From a virus (taxonomy: Duplodnaviria > Caudoviricetes): DNA of 64,000 nt. The position numbers were made by a program, and so were the translations under genes. Shown here piece by piece: positions 30,492 to 38,243 of the stretch; position 1 is the stretch's first letter; every line of letters begins with the position of its first letter. The stretch is from the IMG/VR virus record IMGVR_UViG_3300043395_004688. One strand, written 5' to 3'. Under the pieces are notes generated by a model. It was not told the origin of the DNA and searched no databases. It saw nothing but the letters and a program-made list of their open reading frames with translations.

Positions 30492-30971
30492 ATGTTTAAA
30501 AAACTCATGCAACGCCTGGATCGTCATAGAGTCATTCTTGACAGGCAATCCAATGAACCATACCTTGAAAGATACTATCTTTTCCTTAAGGATAGAAAAT
30601 GGTTCCCTTTCAATGTGTTTTTGCATAAGTTCCTTAAAAGCGATCCGGATGATGTACATGATCACCCATGGCCGTATGCCACTTTAATTCTTCGTGGCGG
30701 ATACTACGAATGGACTCCCAAGTTTGACCACACCGGGAAAAAGATCGGCGAAGTACAACACTGGCGAGGCCCTGGACATTTTCGTACATGCGGCGCCGAA
30801 AGCTATCATAGGATTGAACTTGATCCTAGCGTAGAATGTTGGACATTGTTTATGCCGGGTCCTCAAAAGCGCGAGTGGGGATTCTTAGTGTCCAGCAAAG
30901 GACAAGATCGCTGGATACACAATGAAATATACCTGACTAAAAAGGCTAAACAAGAGAACTTGGATTACTAA
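30492..30971 (+). CDS. Cupin-fold protein
   Basis: HDHPW...LRGGYYE...YHRIEL...WTLF motifs. The likely leaderless ATG is 5 nt after TATACT (30481-30486). Confidence 0.75.
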   Translation: MFKKLMQRLDRHRVILDRQSNEPYLERYYLFLKDRKWFPFNVFLHKFLKSDPDDVHDHPWPYATLILRGGYYEWTPKFDHTGKKIGEVQHWRGPGHFRTCGAESYHRIELDPSVECWTLFMPGPQKREWGFLVSSKGQDRWIHNEIYLTKKAKQENLDY

Positions 30972-30986
30972 GTATCCAGTACTAAT

Positions 30987-31253
30987 TTGTACGCCAACTA
31001 TGGAGAGATGATAATGCAAGACATGGGTGTAATGATAGCGCAAATGTGGCTATCCCTAAAACCGTATATTGACAAGAAGGAAAGGTCAGAAGCAGCAGTG
31101 GCCTTTCTAAGAAGTTGTGAGGATTTTGTTGATCTGGAAGCAATCAGAGAAGAAGCAACAGATGATGCCGACAGCGCATTACTAGGTGCCTTTGCTGAGT
31201 TACTAGGCGAAGATCCTGACGAAGAAGATCACGATTACAACGAGGAATACTGA
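30987..31253 (+). CDS. Small acidic hypothetical protein
   Basis: Acidic C-terminus; immediately upstream of uvsY. Confidence 0.65.
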   Translation: MYANYGEMIMQDMGVMIAQMWLSLKPYIDKKERSEAAVAFLRSCEDFVDLEAIREEATDDADSALLGAFAELLGEDPDEEDHDYNEEY

Positions 31254-31714
31254 TGAGCCAGTGGTATAGGAAGGTAGCACAAGATATTGGAAATCTTCCT
31301 GACTGCATTGCCTATTTTGAAAACCAATTAATTGAAGCTCGTGGTGAGCTCAAAATGATTGGTAGTTTAGAACGGGCCAGCAGAGAAATGCCAGGCATTG
31401 TTGAGTATCGTTTCAACCAGCTTCAAGAAATTGAAGCCATTCTTGAACACCTGAATATCGAACTTCGCAAACTTCGTAGTGCCAAGTTCCGTCAATTTAC
31501 GGAACACTACAATAGAACTCTTAGCAGTCGTGACGCAGAGAAGTATGTAGATGGCGAACCAGAGGTTGCAGACATGGACAGTATTGTCAATGAATTTGCT
31601 CTAGTAAGAAACAAGTTCATTGGCCTTACCAAGGCCATTGATAGTAAACAGTTTCAAATTAATAATGTTACTAAATTGCGAGTTGCAGGCTTAGAAGATG
31701 TAGAACTGCGATAG
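31253..31714 (+). CDS. uvsY: Recombination mediator
   Basis: YNRTLSSRDAEKYVDGE...KQFQINNVTKLRVAG pattern. Confidence 0.85.
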   Translation: MSQWYRKVAQDIGNLPDCIAYFENQLIEARGELKMIGSLERASREMPGIVEYRFNQLQEIEAILEHLNIELRKLRSAKFRQFTEHYNRTLSSRDAEKYVDGEPEVADMDSIVNEFALVRNKFIGLTKAIDSKQFQINNVTKLRVAGLEDVELR

Positions 31715-31810
31715 TTAGCAAATACTAACTTTTAGGCCCAAAAGTGTTGCAAAAAAGCCACATTTTTGGGCTATTTTTGTGGCAAAAAAGCCACAAAAAA
31801 TCTGCTTACA

Positions 31811-31823
31811 AATCAATGACTTA
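31811..31823 (+). promoter_or_regulatory. IHF consensus site
   Basis: AATCAATGACTTA is an exact match to WATCAANNNNTTR, with an upstream A tract. Confidence 0.7.
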
Positions 31824-31832
31824 CAAACCCCC

Positions 31833-31989
31833 TAAAAACTGTCAAAAAACGGTTGACCTTTGAGCCCAGATCCAGCATAATAAGAACATGATGCAAAACA
31901 AGGCCCAAAAACAGCAAGTGTTGTATGTGTGCAACATTGCTAAAAACCGTCAAAAAACGGTTGACCTTTGAGCCCTGTTACTGCATAAT
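31833..31989 (+). promoter_or_regulatory. Two tandem duplicated sigma70-type early promoters
   Basis: 35-bp repeat at 31833-31867 and 31941-31975 with 1 mismatch. Each copy is TTGACC-17-CATAAT with an A-rich UP element. Confidence 0.9.
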
Positions 31990-32026
31990 AGATATTGTGT
32001 TAAACATTCCACGCAAAGGAAACAAC

Positions 32027-33082
32027 ATGTCAGCTTATATCACTATCCGCAACGGTTCCTACCGTAACTTCAACATCTCCAATCAGACATTCCAGCTTGT
32101 TGCCGACTACAAGGAAGGCACCAAGGGTGGCTATGTTACTGTTATTGCCGATGAAACTTTGGGCGAGTTTGCAGGACGCGAAGTTCGCGTCAAGGTTGAC
32201 TCCATGCGCGATGTTGTGCCGGCCAGTGCCGCCGAGTGTGCTACCAACAGCATCGACGCTAATTATAATGCACCCAAGCGAAAGGAACCCAAAGTGCAAG
32301 AGACTGACGAGCAGGCCATTGAACGCATTCGTGAGCGTTTTGACATCCTTGAGGAAATGACCGAGGGTGCTGTGGACGGCTCGGTTCGTGCTATGATTGT
32401 TGTTGGCCCTCCGGGTGTGGGCAAGAGCTTTGGTGTCGAGAAGGTACTGGACAAGGCTTCTATGTTCGACAAGATCGGTGGTAAGCGTCCTCGCTACGAA
32501 GTGGTTAAGGGTGCTATGAGTGCCATTGGCTTGTACTGCAAGCTTTACAATTACTCTGACGCCGGCAATGTGCTGGTGTTTGACGACTGCGACAGCGTTC
32601 TGCTTGATGACTTGAGCTTGAACATTCTCAAGGCTGCTCTGGACTCTAGCAAGAAGCGCACCATCTGCTGGAACACTGACAGCCGTATGCTTCGTAGCGA
32701 AGGTGTGCCGGACCGCTTTGAGTTCAAGGGCTCGGCCATCTTCATCACCAATATCAAGTTTGAGCATGTTAAGAGTGCCAAGCTTAAGGATCACCTTGGT
32801 GCGCTGGAAAGCCGTTGCCACTATCTGGATCTAACGCTGGATACCACCCGCGACAAGATGCTTCGCATCAAGCAGATTATGATGGACGGTATGCTGGACC
32901 ATTATGACTTTGCTGACGGTGTCAAAGAAGAACTCTACGAGTATGTTGACACCAACAAAGATCGTCTGCGCGAGCTGAGCCTGCGTACTGTGATTAAGAT
33001 TGCTGACTTGCGTAAGATGGTTGGTGAAGGCGACAAGTGGAAGCGTCTTGCAGAGACCACTGTGATGAAGCGCGGCGAATAA
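32027..33082 (+). CDS. AAA+-type P-loop ATPase
   Basis: GPPGVGKS Walker A, VLVFDDCD Walker B, IFITN sensor and ALESRC arginine finger. SD AAAGGA before ATG 32027. Confidence 0.9.
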   Translation: MSAYITIRNGSYRNFNISNQTFQLVADYKEGTKGGYVTVIADETLGEFAGREVRVKVDSMRDVVPASAAECATNSIDANYNAPKRKEPKVQETDEQAIERIRERFDILEEMTEGAVDGSVRAMIVVGPPGVGKSFGVEKVLDKASMFDKIGGKRPRYEVVKGAMSAIGLYCKLYNYSDAGNVLVFDDCDSVLLDDLSLNILKAALDSSKKRTICWNTDSRMLRSEGVPDRFEFKGSAIFITNIKFEHVKSAKLKDHLGALESRCHYLDLTLDTTRDKMLRIKQIMMDGMLDHYDFADGVKEELYEYVDTNKDRLRELSLRTVIKIADLRKMVGEGDKWKRLAETTVMKRGE

Positions 33083-33146
33083 GTTACCCCTGCCGTGTGC
33101 GTAACGGGCAATGTCAATAAGACCCGTTTCGATAAGGAGTTTTAAA

Positions 33147-34187
33147 ATGCGTAAGATGGCAACAATGCGACAAATTGATGAAGTCCGTCCCATTGAAGGT
33201 GCGGATGCCATTGAGTGTGCAGTAGTTGGTGGATGGACAGTAGTTACCAAGAAGGGCGAATTCAAGCCCGGGGATGTGGCAATCTACTGTGAAATTGACA
33301 GCTGGATCCCCCATGAGCTTGCACCGTTCCTTAGCCGAGGACAGGAGCCTCGCGAGTTTGAAGGTGTACGTGGTGAACGCCTGCGTACTGTAAAGCTTCG
33401 TGGACAATTAAGCCAAGGCCTACTGCTCAATTATTGGGATTACCCTGCGGTGGTCAACGAGTTTCATAAGACTCGCTTGGCCAGCAATGAACCATTCGAT
33501 GTCAGCGAGCTTCTAGGAATTAAGAAGTACGAGCCGCCTGTTCCGGCTCAGCTTGCCGGGGAAGTCAAAGGATTGTTTCCTGGTTGGTTGCAAAAGACAG
33601 ATCAGGAGCGTATCCAGAATCTTTCTAGCGAGCTAGCACATTGGATCAGCGAGTCTCATGCTTGGGAAATGACCGAAAAGCTTGACGGCAGTTCAATGAC
33701 CGTGTATCTTAACAACGGTGAATTTGGTGTATGCAGTCGCAATCTTGAGCTCAAGCCCAATGCAGAAAACTCTCTGTGGAAGGTTGCCGTCAAGGACAAT
33801 CTAGAAAGCAAACTGCGAGCAGAAGGCCGCAATCTTGCCCTGCAAGGTGAGTTGGTAGGAGAAGGCATTCAAGGCAATCCTTACAAGCTTCGCGGACAAG
33901 CTTACTATGTGTTTGACATCTACGACATTGATCGCGGGTGCTATTTTACTCCTGAGGAGCGAAAGGCATTGGTTACCAAGCACGGCATTGCTCATGTGCC
34001 TGTGCTAGGAACCTTGGTAATGGACAAGTCAACTACCATTGCTGACTTGCTAAAGATTGCCGAAGGCAAGAGTGTAATGGGAGATATCAATGGTCCTGAA
34101 CGAGAAGGCCTGGTCTTTAAGAGCAAACAGTTTCAGTGCTCATTCAAGGCCATTTCAAATCGTTTTCTATTAAAGACTAGCGGTTAA
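33147..34187 (+). CDS. RNA ligase, DRB0094 family
   Basis: N-terminal OB-like domain; motifs EKLDG, QGE, VFDI, EGLVFK and FKAISN. SD AAGGAG. Confidence 0.92.
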   Translation: MRKMATMRQIDEVRPIEGADAIECAVVGGWTVVTKKGEFKPGDVAIYCEIDSWIPHELAPFLSRGQEPREFEGVRGERLRTVKLRGQLSQGLLLNYWDYPAVVNEFHKTRLASNEPFDVSELLGIKKYEPPVPAQLAGEVKGLFPGWLQKTDQERIQNLSSELAHWISESHAWEMTEKLDGSSMTVYLNNGEFGVCSRNLELKPNAENSLWKVAVKDNLESKLRAEGRNLALQGELVGEGIQGNPYKLRGQAYYVFDIYDIDRGCYFTPEERKALVTKHGIAHVPVLGTLVMDKSTTIADLLKIAEGKSVMGDINGPEREGLVFKSKQFQCSFKAISNRFLLKTSG

Positions 34188-34228
34188 CACCAACTGGCTG
34201 ACTATTTGCGTGGAATGCAGTTGGTGGG

Positions 34229-34257
34229 GAAAGGGCTCTTAGGAGCCCTTTCTTTTT
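34229..34257 (+). terminator. Rho-independent terminator
   Basis: gaaagggctc-tta(g)-gagccctttc followed by a T tract. Confidence 0.85.
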
Positions 34258-34392
34258 GGCCATGGTATGGACAAATTACCTATTTTAAAATCATGGTTTT
34301 TGTGCTAAGTATAAGCTCTCCCAAAGAACGACTTTGAGTGTTATGGTAATGTGTATCGTATACATTGCCTGCATTAATTGCTATAATAAGTC

Positions 34393-35850
34393 ATGCCAGG
34401 AATATGTCGACTAGAAATCCGTGACGAAGTAAACATCAAGTTTCATGACTTGGATGCATCAACACGCCGAAGATGCGAAGCTAAACTAAAATACCAACTG
34501 CCTTATGCATACCATGTGCCTGCCTTTAGGTTAGGAAGGTGGGATGGTAAGGTTGGTTTCTTTACAACGGCCGGTGCCACATATCTAAATCTATTGGATC
34601 GGGTACTGCCAATCTTAGACGAAGAAGGTTGGCGAATTGAAATTGAAGATCGTAGACTTGTACACAATTTCAATTTTGCAGAAGTTACCGAGGACACCTT
34701 TAGCCATATTGTTTGGCCCAAAGGTCACCCTGCAGAAGGTCAGCCTATCAAGATACGCGACTATCAAGTAGAGTGTATTAACAGGTTTCTTGCCAACCCA
34801 CATGGGGTGCAAGAGATTGCAACTGGTGCTGGCAAGACGCTTATGACAGCCGCTATGAGTTTGTGTTGCGAACCCTATGGGCGCACAATTGTTATCGTTC
34901 CTAACAAGGATCTTGTAAGACAGACTCATGCAGACTATGTGAACATGGGGCTAGATGTTGGTGTGTACTTTGGGGATGAAAAGGATCTAGGACACACTCA
35001 TACTATTGCTACTTGGCAAAGCATCAACTCGCTAATTAAAAGGCACAAAGAAGGTCTTAGCGAAGTTGGTGTAAGTGCATTAACAGATGATTTGATTGCT
35101 GTTATTGTTGACGAAGTACACATGGCCAAGGCCGATGTGCTTAGAACTTTGCTGACTGGGCCCTTTGCTAATGTACCAATTCGTTGGGGACTAACTGGTA
35201 CGGTTCCCAAAGAAGAACACGAGTATATCAGCCTAATTGCAAGCTTGGGGCAAGTGTTACACAGGCTGCAAGCCAGCGAGCTTCAAGATATAGGTGTGCT
35301 TAGTAACTGCCATGTTAAAGTATTGCAGTTTGACGATAAGGTTGATTACAAAACCTATCAGGAAGAACTGACATATCTAACTACCAACGAGCGCAGAATC
35401 GACGAGTTAGCACGAACCATTGATGCTATCAGTCAAGGCGGCAATACTCTAGTATTGGTAGATAGAATCACCTGCGGTAAAATGCTAGCAGAGCGATTAG
35501 CCGACAGCGTTTTTGTCAGCGGCAATATGAAAAGCAAAGACAGAAAGGAAGAATACGATGAGGTCACTGTCAGCGATAATAAGATCATTATTGCGACCTA
35601 CGGTGTCGCCGCTGTTGGTATTAATATTCCTCGCATTTTTAATCTTGTTCTTGTCGAACCTGGTAAGAGTTTTGTACGAGTTATCCAAAGTATTGGGCGC
35701 GGCATAAGAAAAGCACAGGACAAGGATTTTGTTCAAATCTGGGACATCACATCAACAGCAAAGTTTGCAAAAAGACATTTGGCTAAGCGCAAAAAGTTTT
35801 ATGAGGAAGCAAACTATCCCTACCAAACAGAAAAGGTTTTGTATAAATGA
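34393..35850 (+). CDS. uvsW: SF2 DNA helicase
   Basis: IRDYQ, ATGAGKT, DEVH, GLTGT and IQSIGR. Extended -10 TGCTATAAT lies 5 nt before the ATG. Confidence 0.93.
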   Translation: MPGICRLEIRDEVNIKFHDLDASTRRRCEAKLKYQLPYAYHVPAFRLGRWDGKVGFFTTAGATYLNLLDRVLPILDEEGWRIEIEDRRLVHNFNFAEVTEDTFSHIVWPKGHPAEGQPIKIRDYQVECINRFLANPHGVQEIATGAGKTLMTAAMSLCCEPYGRTIVIVPNKDLVRQTHADYVNMGLDVGVYFGDEKDLGHTHTIATWQSINSLIKRHKEGLSEVGVSALTDDLIAVIVDEVHMAKADVLRTLLTGPFANVPIRWGLTGTVPKEEHEYISLIASLGQVLHRLQASELQDIGVLSNCHVKVLQFDDKVDYKTYQEELTYLTTNERRIDELARTIDAISQGGNTLVLVDRITCGKMLAERLADSVFVSGNMKSKDRKEEYDEVTVSDNKIIIATYGVAAVGINIPRIFNLVLVEPGKSFVRVIQSIGRGIRKAQDKDFVQIWDITSTAKFAKRHLAKRKKFYEEANYPYQTEKVLYK

Positions 35851-36353
35851 ATATTCTAACAGTTAACAATTTAGCCTACGACTTGGATCGTTTGCCTCAA
35901 GAAATTGACGAAGATCTGCGTTACGGTGTACTTGACTACAGCAATCCTGCTGATGTAGACTATGTATTTGTGCCTTTGGTATTCCTCGAAAGCTTTAGTT
36001 GTCCGGCAGCAGTACTGCGTATTGGTGAATACGAAGTTAAGGTTCCGTTGGATTGGTCATTGATTATCGGTGAACCAGATCACGGAGAGCCCGAAGTCAT
36101 CAGCATCATGAGTCTTAACGATCGTGGCTTCAGCACCTTTGTGTTTAACCCTATCAACGGCTACAAGCCCAGCTGGCAAAAGGTTGAAGTTGTAAACATT
36201 TATCAAGAAGTCAAATGGTATGTGCCCAAGCTTAAATTTGGTCACATACTAGCAGTACCACTAGAAAAGAAAGATAATCCCATGTGCGCTTTCTTTCTCA
36301 AAGAAGTAAACAAGGTGCCTGAAGTACTTGACTTAAACAAGATTTGGTTTTAA
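35847..36353 (+). CDS. Hypothetical beta-rich protein (possibly degenerate Hint-like fold)
   Basis: ATGA overlap with uvsW; see findings. Confidence 0.65.
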   Translation: MNILTVNNLAYDLDRLPQEIDEDLRYGVLDYSNPADVDYVFVPLVFLESFSCPAAVLRIGEYEVKVPLDWSLIIGEPDHGEPEVISIMSLNDRGFSTFVFNPINGYKPSWQKVEVVNIYQEVKWYVPKLKFGHILAVPLEKKDNPMCAFFLKEVNKVPEVLDLNKIWF

Positions 36354-36362
36354 TATTAGCGC

Positions 36363-36851
36363 ATGGCAACAAAAAAGAAAACCAGCACAGCCGCATACAA
36401 AGTGCCCATCGATCAGGTGATGGCTGCGGTAGACCTGCGAAATGGCGATTACTATTCCAAGTTGTCTGATGAGGATCGCAAGTCCGTAAACACTTTTATG
36501 GCTCAAAGATGGGCAAGTCAGGTACAAGGAAGCAGAGAAATTCAAGAGCACTATCTTGTTACCATAAACGACCTATCCAACATTGACTACATTGCTACCA
36601 CCAGTCAGCATGATGAAATGCGTTGGCGTGTGATTGCCTTATGTGGTCTTGGTTCCAAGCTTAGACATGAATTTATTCCTCCCAAGGGTCAAAAGAAAGA
36701 CAAGTTAACTGCCTGGTTAATTGAACGATTCCCATCGCTGGCAGACGAGGAAATTGAGCTGTTTCGAGAAATCAACGGCGATGATTTTCTAGAAGATATG
36801 GCCAGAGCTCAAAACCTTAGTGATAAAGATATCAAAGAATTGTTTAAATAA
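36363..36851 (+). CDS. Clamp-loader small subunit (gp62-like), tentative
   Basis: FMAQRWAS...N.LSN...RHEFI pattern resembles the phage clamp loader A subunit. Confidence 0.5.
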   Translation: MATKKKTSTAAYKVPIDQVMAAVDLRNGDYYSKLSDEDRKSVNTFMAQRWASQVQGSREIQEHYLVTINDLSNIDYIATTSQHDEMRWRVIALCGLGSKLRHEFIPPKGQKKDKLTAWLIERFPSLADEEIELFREINGDDFLEDMARAQNLSDKDIKELFK

Positions 36852-37544
36852 ATGACTACGGAATATAAATGTAAATTTTGTAACAAGTCATTCACCAGAG
36901 AGCGTACTTTAAGCAGCCATATGTGCGAAAAGAAGCGTCGCTGGATGAACAAGGATGAAGCTGAAAGTAGGATTGGATTTAGTGTGTGGCTAGACTTTTT
37001 AAAGTATGTGAGCCCACACACTAAAAAGACCAAGACATTTGAAGATTTTGTTCGTAGTCCTGACTATTTGGCTTTTATCAAATTTGCTAATTACTTGATA
37101 GACTTGAAACCATACGAATGCGATAAGTTTATTAACTGGCTGTTTAAGATGGGTGTGAGATTAGGCGATTGGCAGAAGCCAGGAACCTATCAACTTTACA
37201 TCCAAGAGGCATCAAAAAAAGAAAGTGCAGCCAGAGCATTAGAAAGAACCATCTTGGTTATGCAGGAATGGGGATTGAGTACTGGTAATGACTGGAGAAC
37301 CTTTTTTGAAAAGGTGTCACCAGTTACCGGAATGAATATGATAACCATGGGCAAGATCAGTCCTTGGATTATATATTCAACAGACTCTGCTCAAAATCTC
37401 ATTGATCGTATGGAACCAGGACAAGTAACAATAGTTACTAAACATGTGGATACGGAATGGTGGAAAAGAAAACTGAACAAAGAGCCCAAAGAAGTGACCT
37501 GGATCAACACAATGATGCAGCAGGCCCTCAGTATGAGTCCTTAG
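36852..37544 (+). CDS. Hypothetical protein with an N-terminal C2HC zinc finger
   Basis: YKCKFCNKSFTRERTLSSHMC. Confidence 0.75.
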   Translation: MTTEYKCKFCNKSFTRERTLSSHMCEKKRRWMNKDEAESRIGFSVWLDFLKYVSPHTKKTKTFEDFVRSPDYLAFIKFANYLIDLKPYECDKFINWLFKMGVRLGDWQKPGTYQLYIQEASKKESAARALERTILVMQEWGLSTGNDWRTFFEKVSPVTGMNMITMGKISPWIIYSTDSAQNLIDRMEPGQVTIVTKHVDTEWWKRKLNKEPKEVTWINTMMQQALSMSP

Positions 37545-37660
37545 AACGCAGGTTGTTGGAGTTCATTGAAAAACTTGACAAGTTGACCCTAGAACTCAGC
37601 GAAATCAAACAACAGCAAAAACTACTGACAGACATGATTAAAAATGATAAATCAGCCTGA
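37457..37660 (+). CDS. Small coiled-coil protein overlapping the upstream gene by 88 nt
   Basis: Heptad LERRLLEFIEKLDKLTLELSEIKQQQ fills the gap to the next gene; start position uncertain. Confidence 0.55.
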   Translation: MVEKKTEQRAQRSDLDQHNDAAGPQYESLERRLLEFIEKLDKLTLELSEIKQQQKLLTDMIKNDKSA

Positions 37661-38243
37661 CATTGACATTGACTTTGCCAATAGAGAACAGATCCTCAGT
37701 TTGCTGAAACATGTTCCTGCAATGCAAGGATCCAATGGTAGCAAGCAAAAGCACAAGACTGGCGTGTATTTTCATCCAGTGCCGGTCAATCCCTATACAG
37801 GTTGGTGCAGCCTTGACTACGAAGCAGCCGAACAACTGGGATTTTTTAAAGTTGACTTATTAAATGTAAACTTGTATCAACGAGTCCAAAGCAAAGAGCA
37901 TTTGGATAAGCTTGCCAATCAGGAGCCGGTATGGGAACTTTTACAACAAGAGGAATTCGTCGATCTGTTATTTCATTTGAACGGGCATGGGGATGTTCTG
38001 AAGAGGACTTGCCCTACTTCCGTGGAACAATTAGCTGCCGTCCTAGCGATGATCCGCCCCGCCAAGAGATACCTGATTGGGAAACCCTGGACGACGATTA
38101 TGAAGGAAGTGTGGACGAAGCCTAAGAATGGTGAGTATTACTTTAAAAAGGCTCACGCTGTAGCTTATGCAGTTGCAATCGTGGCGCAGATGAATTTGAT
38201 TTGCGAAGAATTTGTACTTTTTAAAAGTACGAATCAGCTCTAA
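37644..38243 (+). CDS. Minimal family-C (DnaE/Pol III alpha-like) polymerase core
   Basis: PDIDIDF, HKTGVY, GFFKVDLL, LAMIRP and FKKAHAVAY match the order of DnaE motifs. Confidence 0.85.
   Translation: MINQPDIDIDFANREQILSLLKHVPAMQGSNGSKQKHKTGVYFHPVPVNPYTGWCSLDYEAAEQLGFFKVDLLNVNLYQRVQSKEHLDKLANQEPVWELLQQEEFVDLLFHLNGHGDVLKRTCPTSVEQLAAVLAMIRPAKRYLIGKPWTTIMKEVWTKPKNGEYYFKKAHAVAYAVAIVAQMNLICEEFVLFKSTNQL
37931..38125 (+). CDS. Overprinted 64-aa acidic-tailed protein nested in the mini-DnaE gene (-1 frame)
   Basis: AGGAG at 37921-37925, 5 nt before the ATG. Stop-avoiding synonymous codons in the host frame. Confidence 0.65.
   Translation: MGTFTTRGIRRSVISFERAWGCSEEDLPYFRGTISCRPSDDPPRQEIPDWETLDDDYEGSVDEA

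Noticed and set aside
32030-32821. 263-aa antisense ORF over the AAA ATPase
   Set aside because: This is a shadow ORF expected from the GC3-rich codon bias of the sense gene. It has no SD, promoter or recognisable motif.
33083-33128. Riboswitch-like structure before the RNA ligase
   Set aside because: Only short, mutually exclusive 5-6 bp pairings are present, with no recognisable aptamer consensus.
37840-37930. -1 frameshift joining mini-DnaE to the nested ORF
   Set aside because: GGATTTTTTAAA is not a correctly phased X-XXY-YYZ heptamer, and the -1 frame hits a stop immediately. Independent SD-led initiation fits better.
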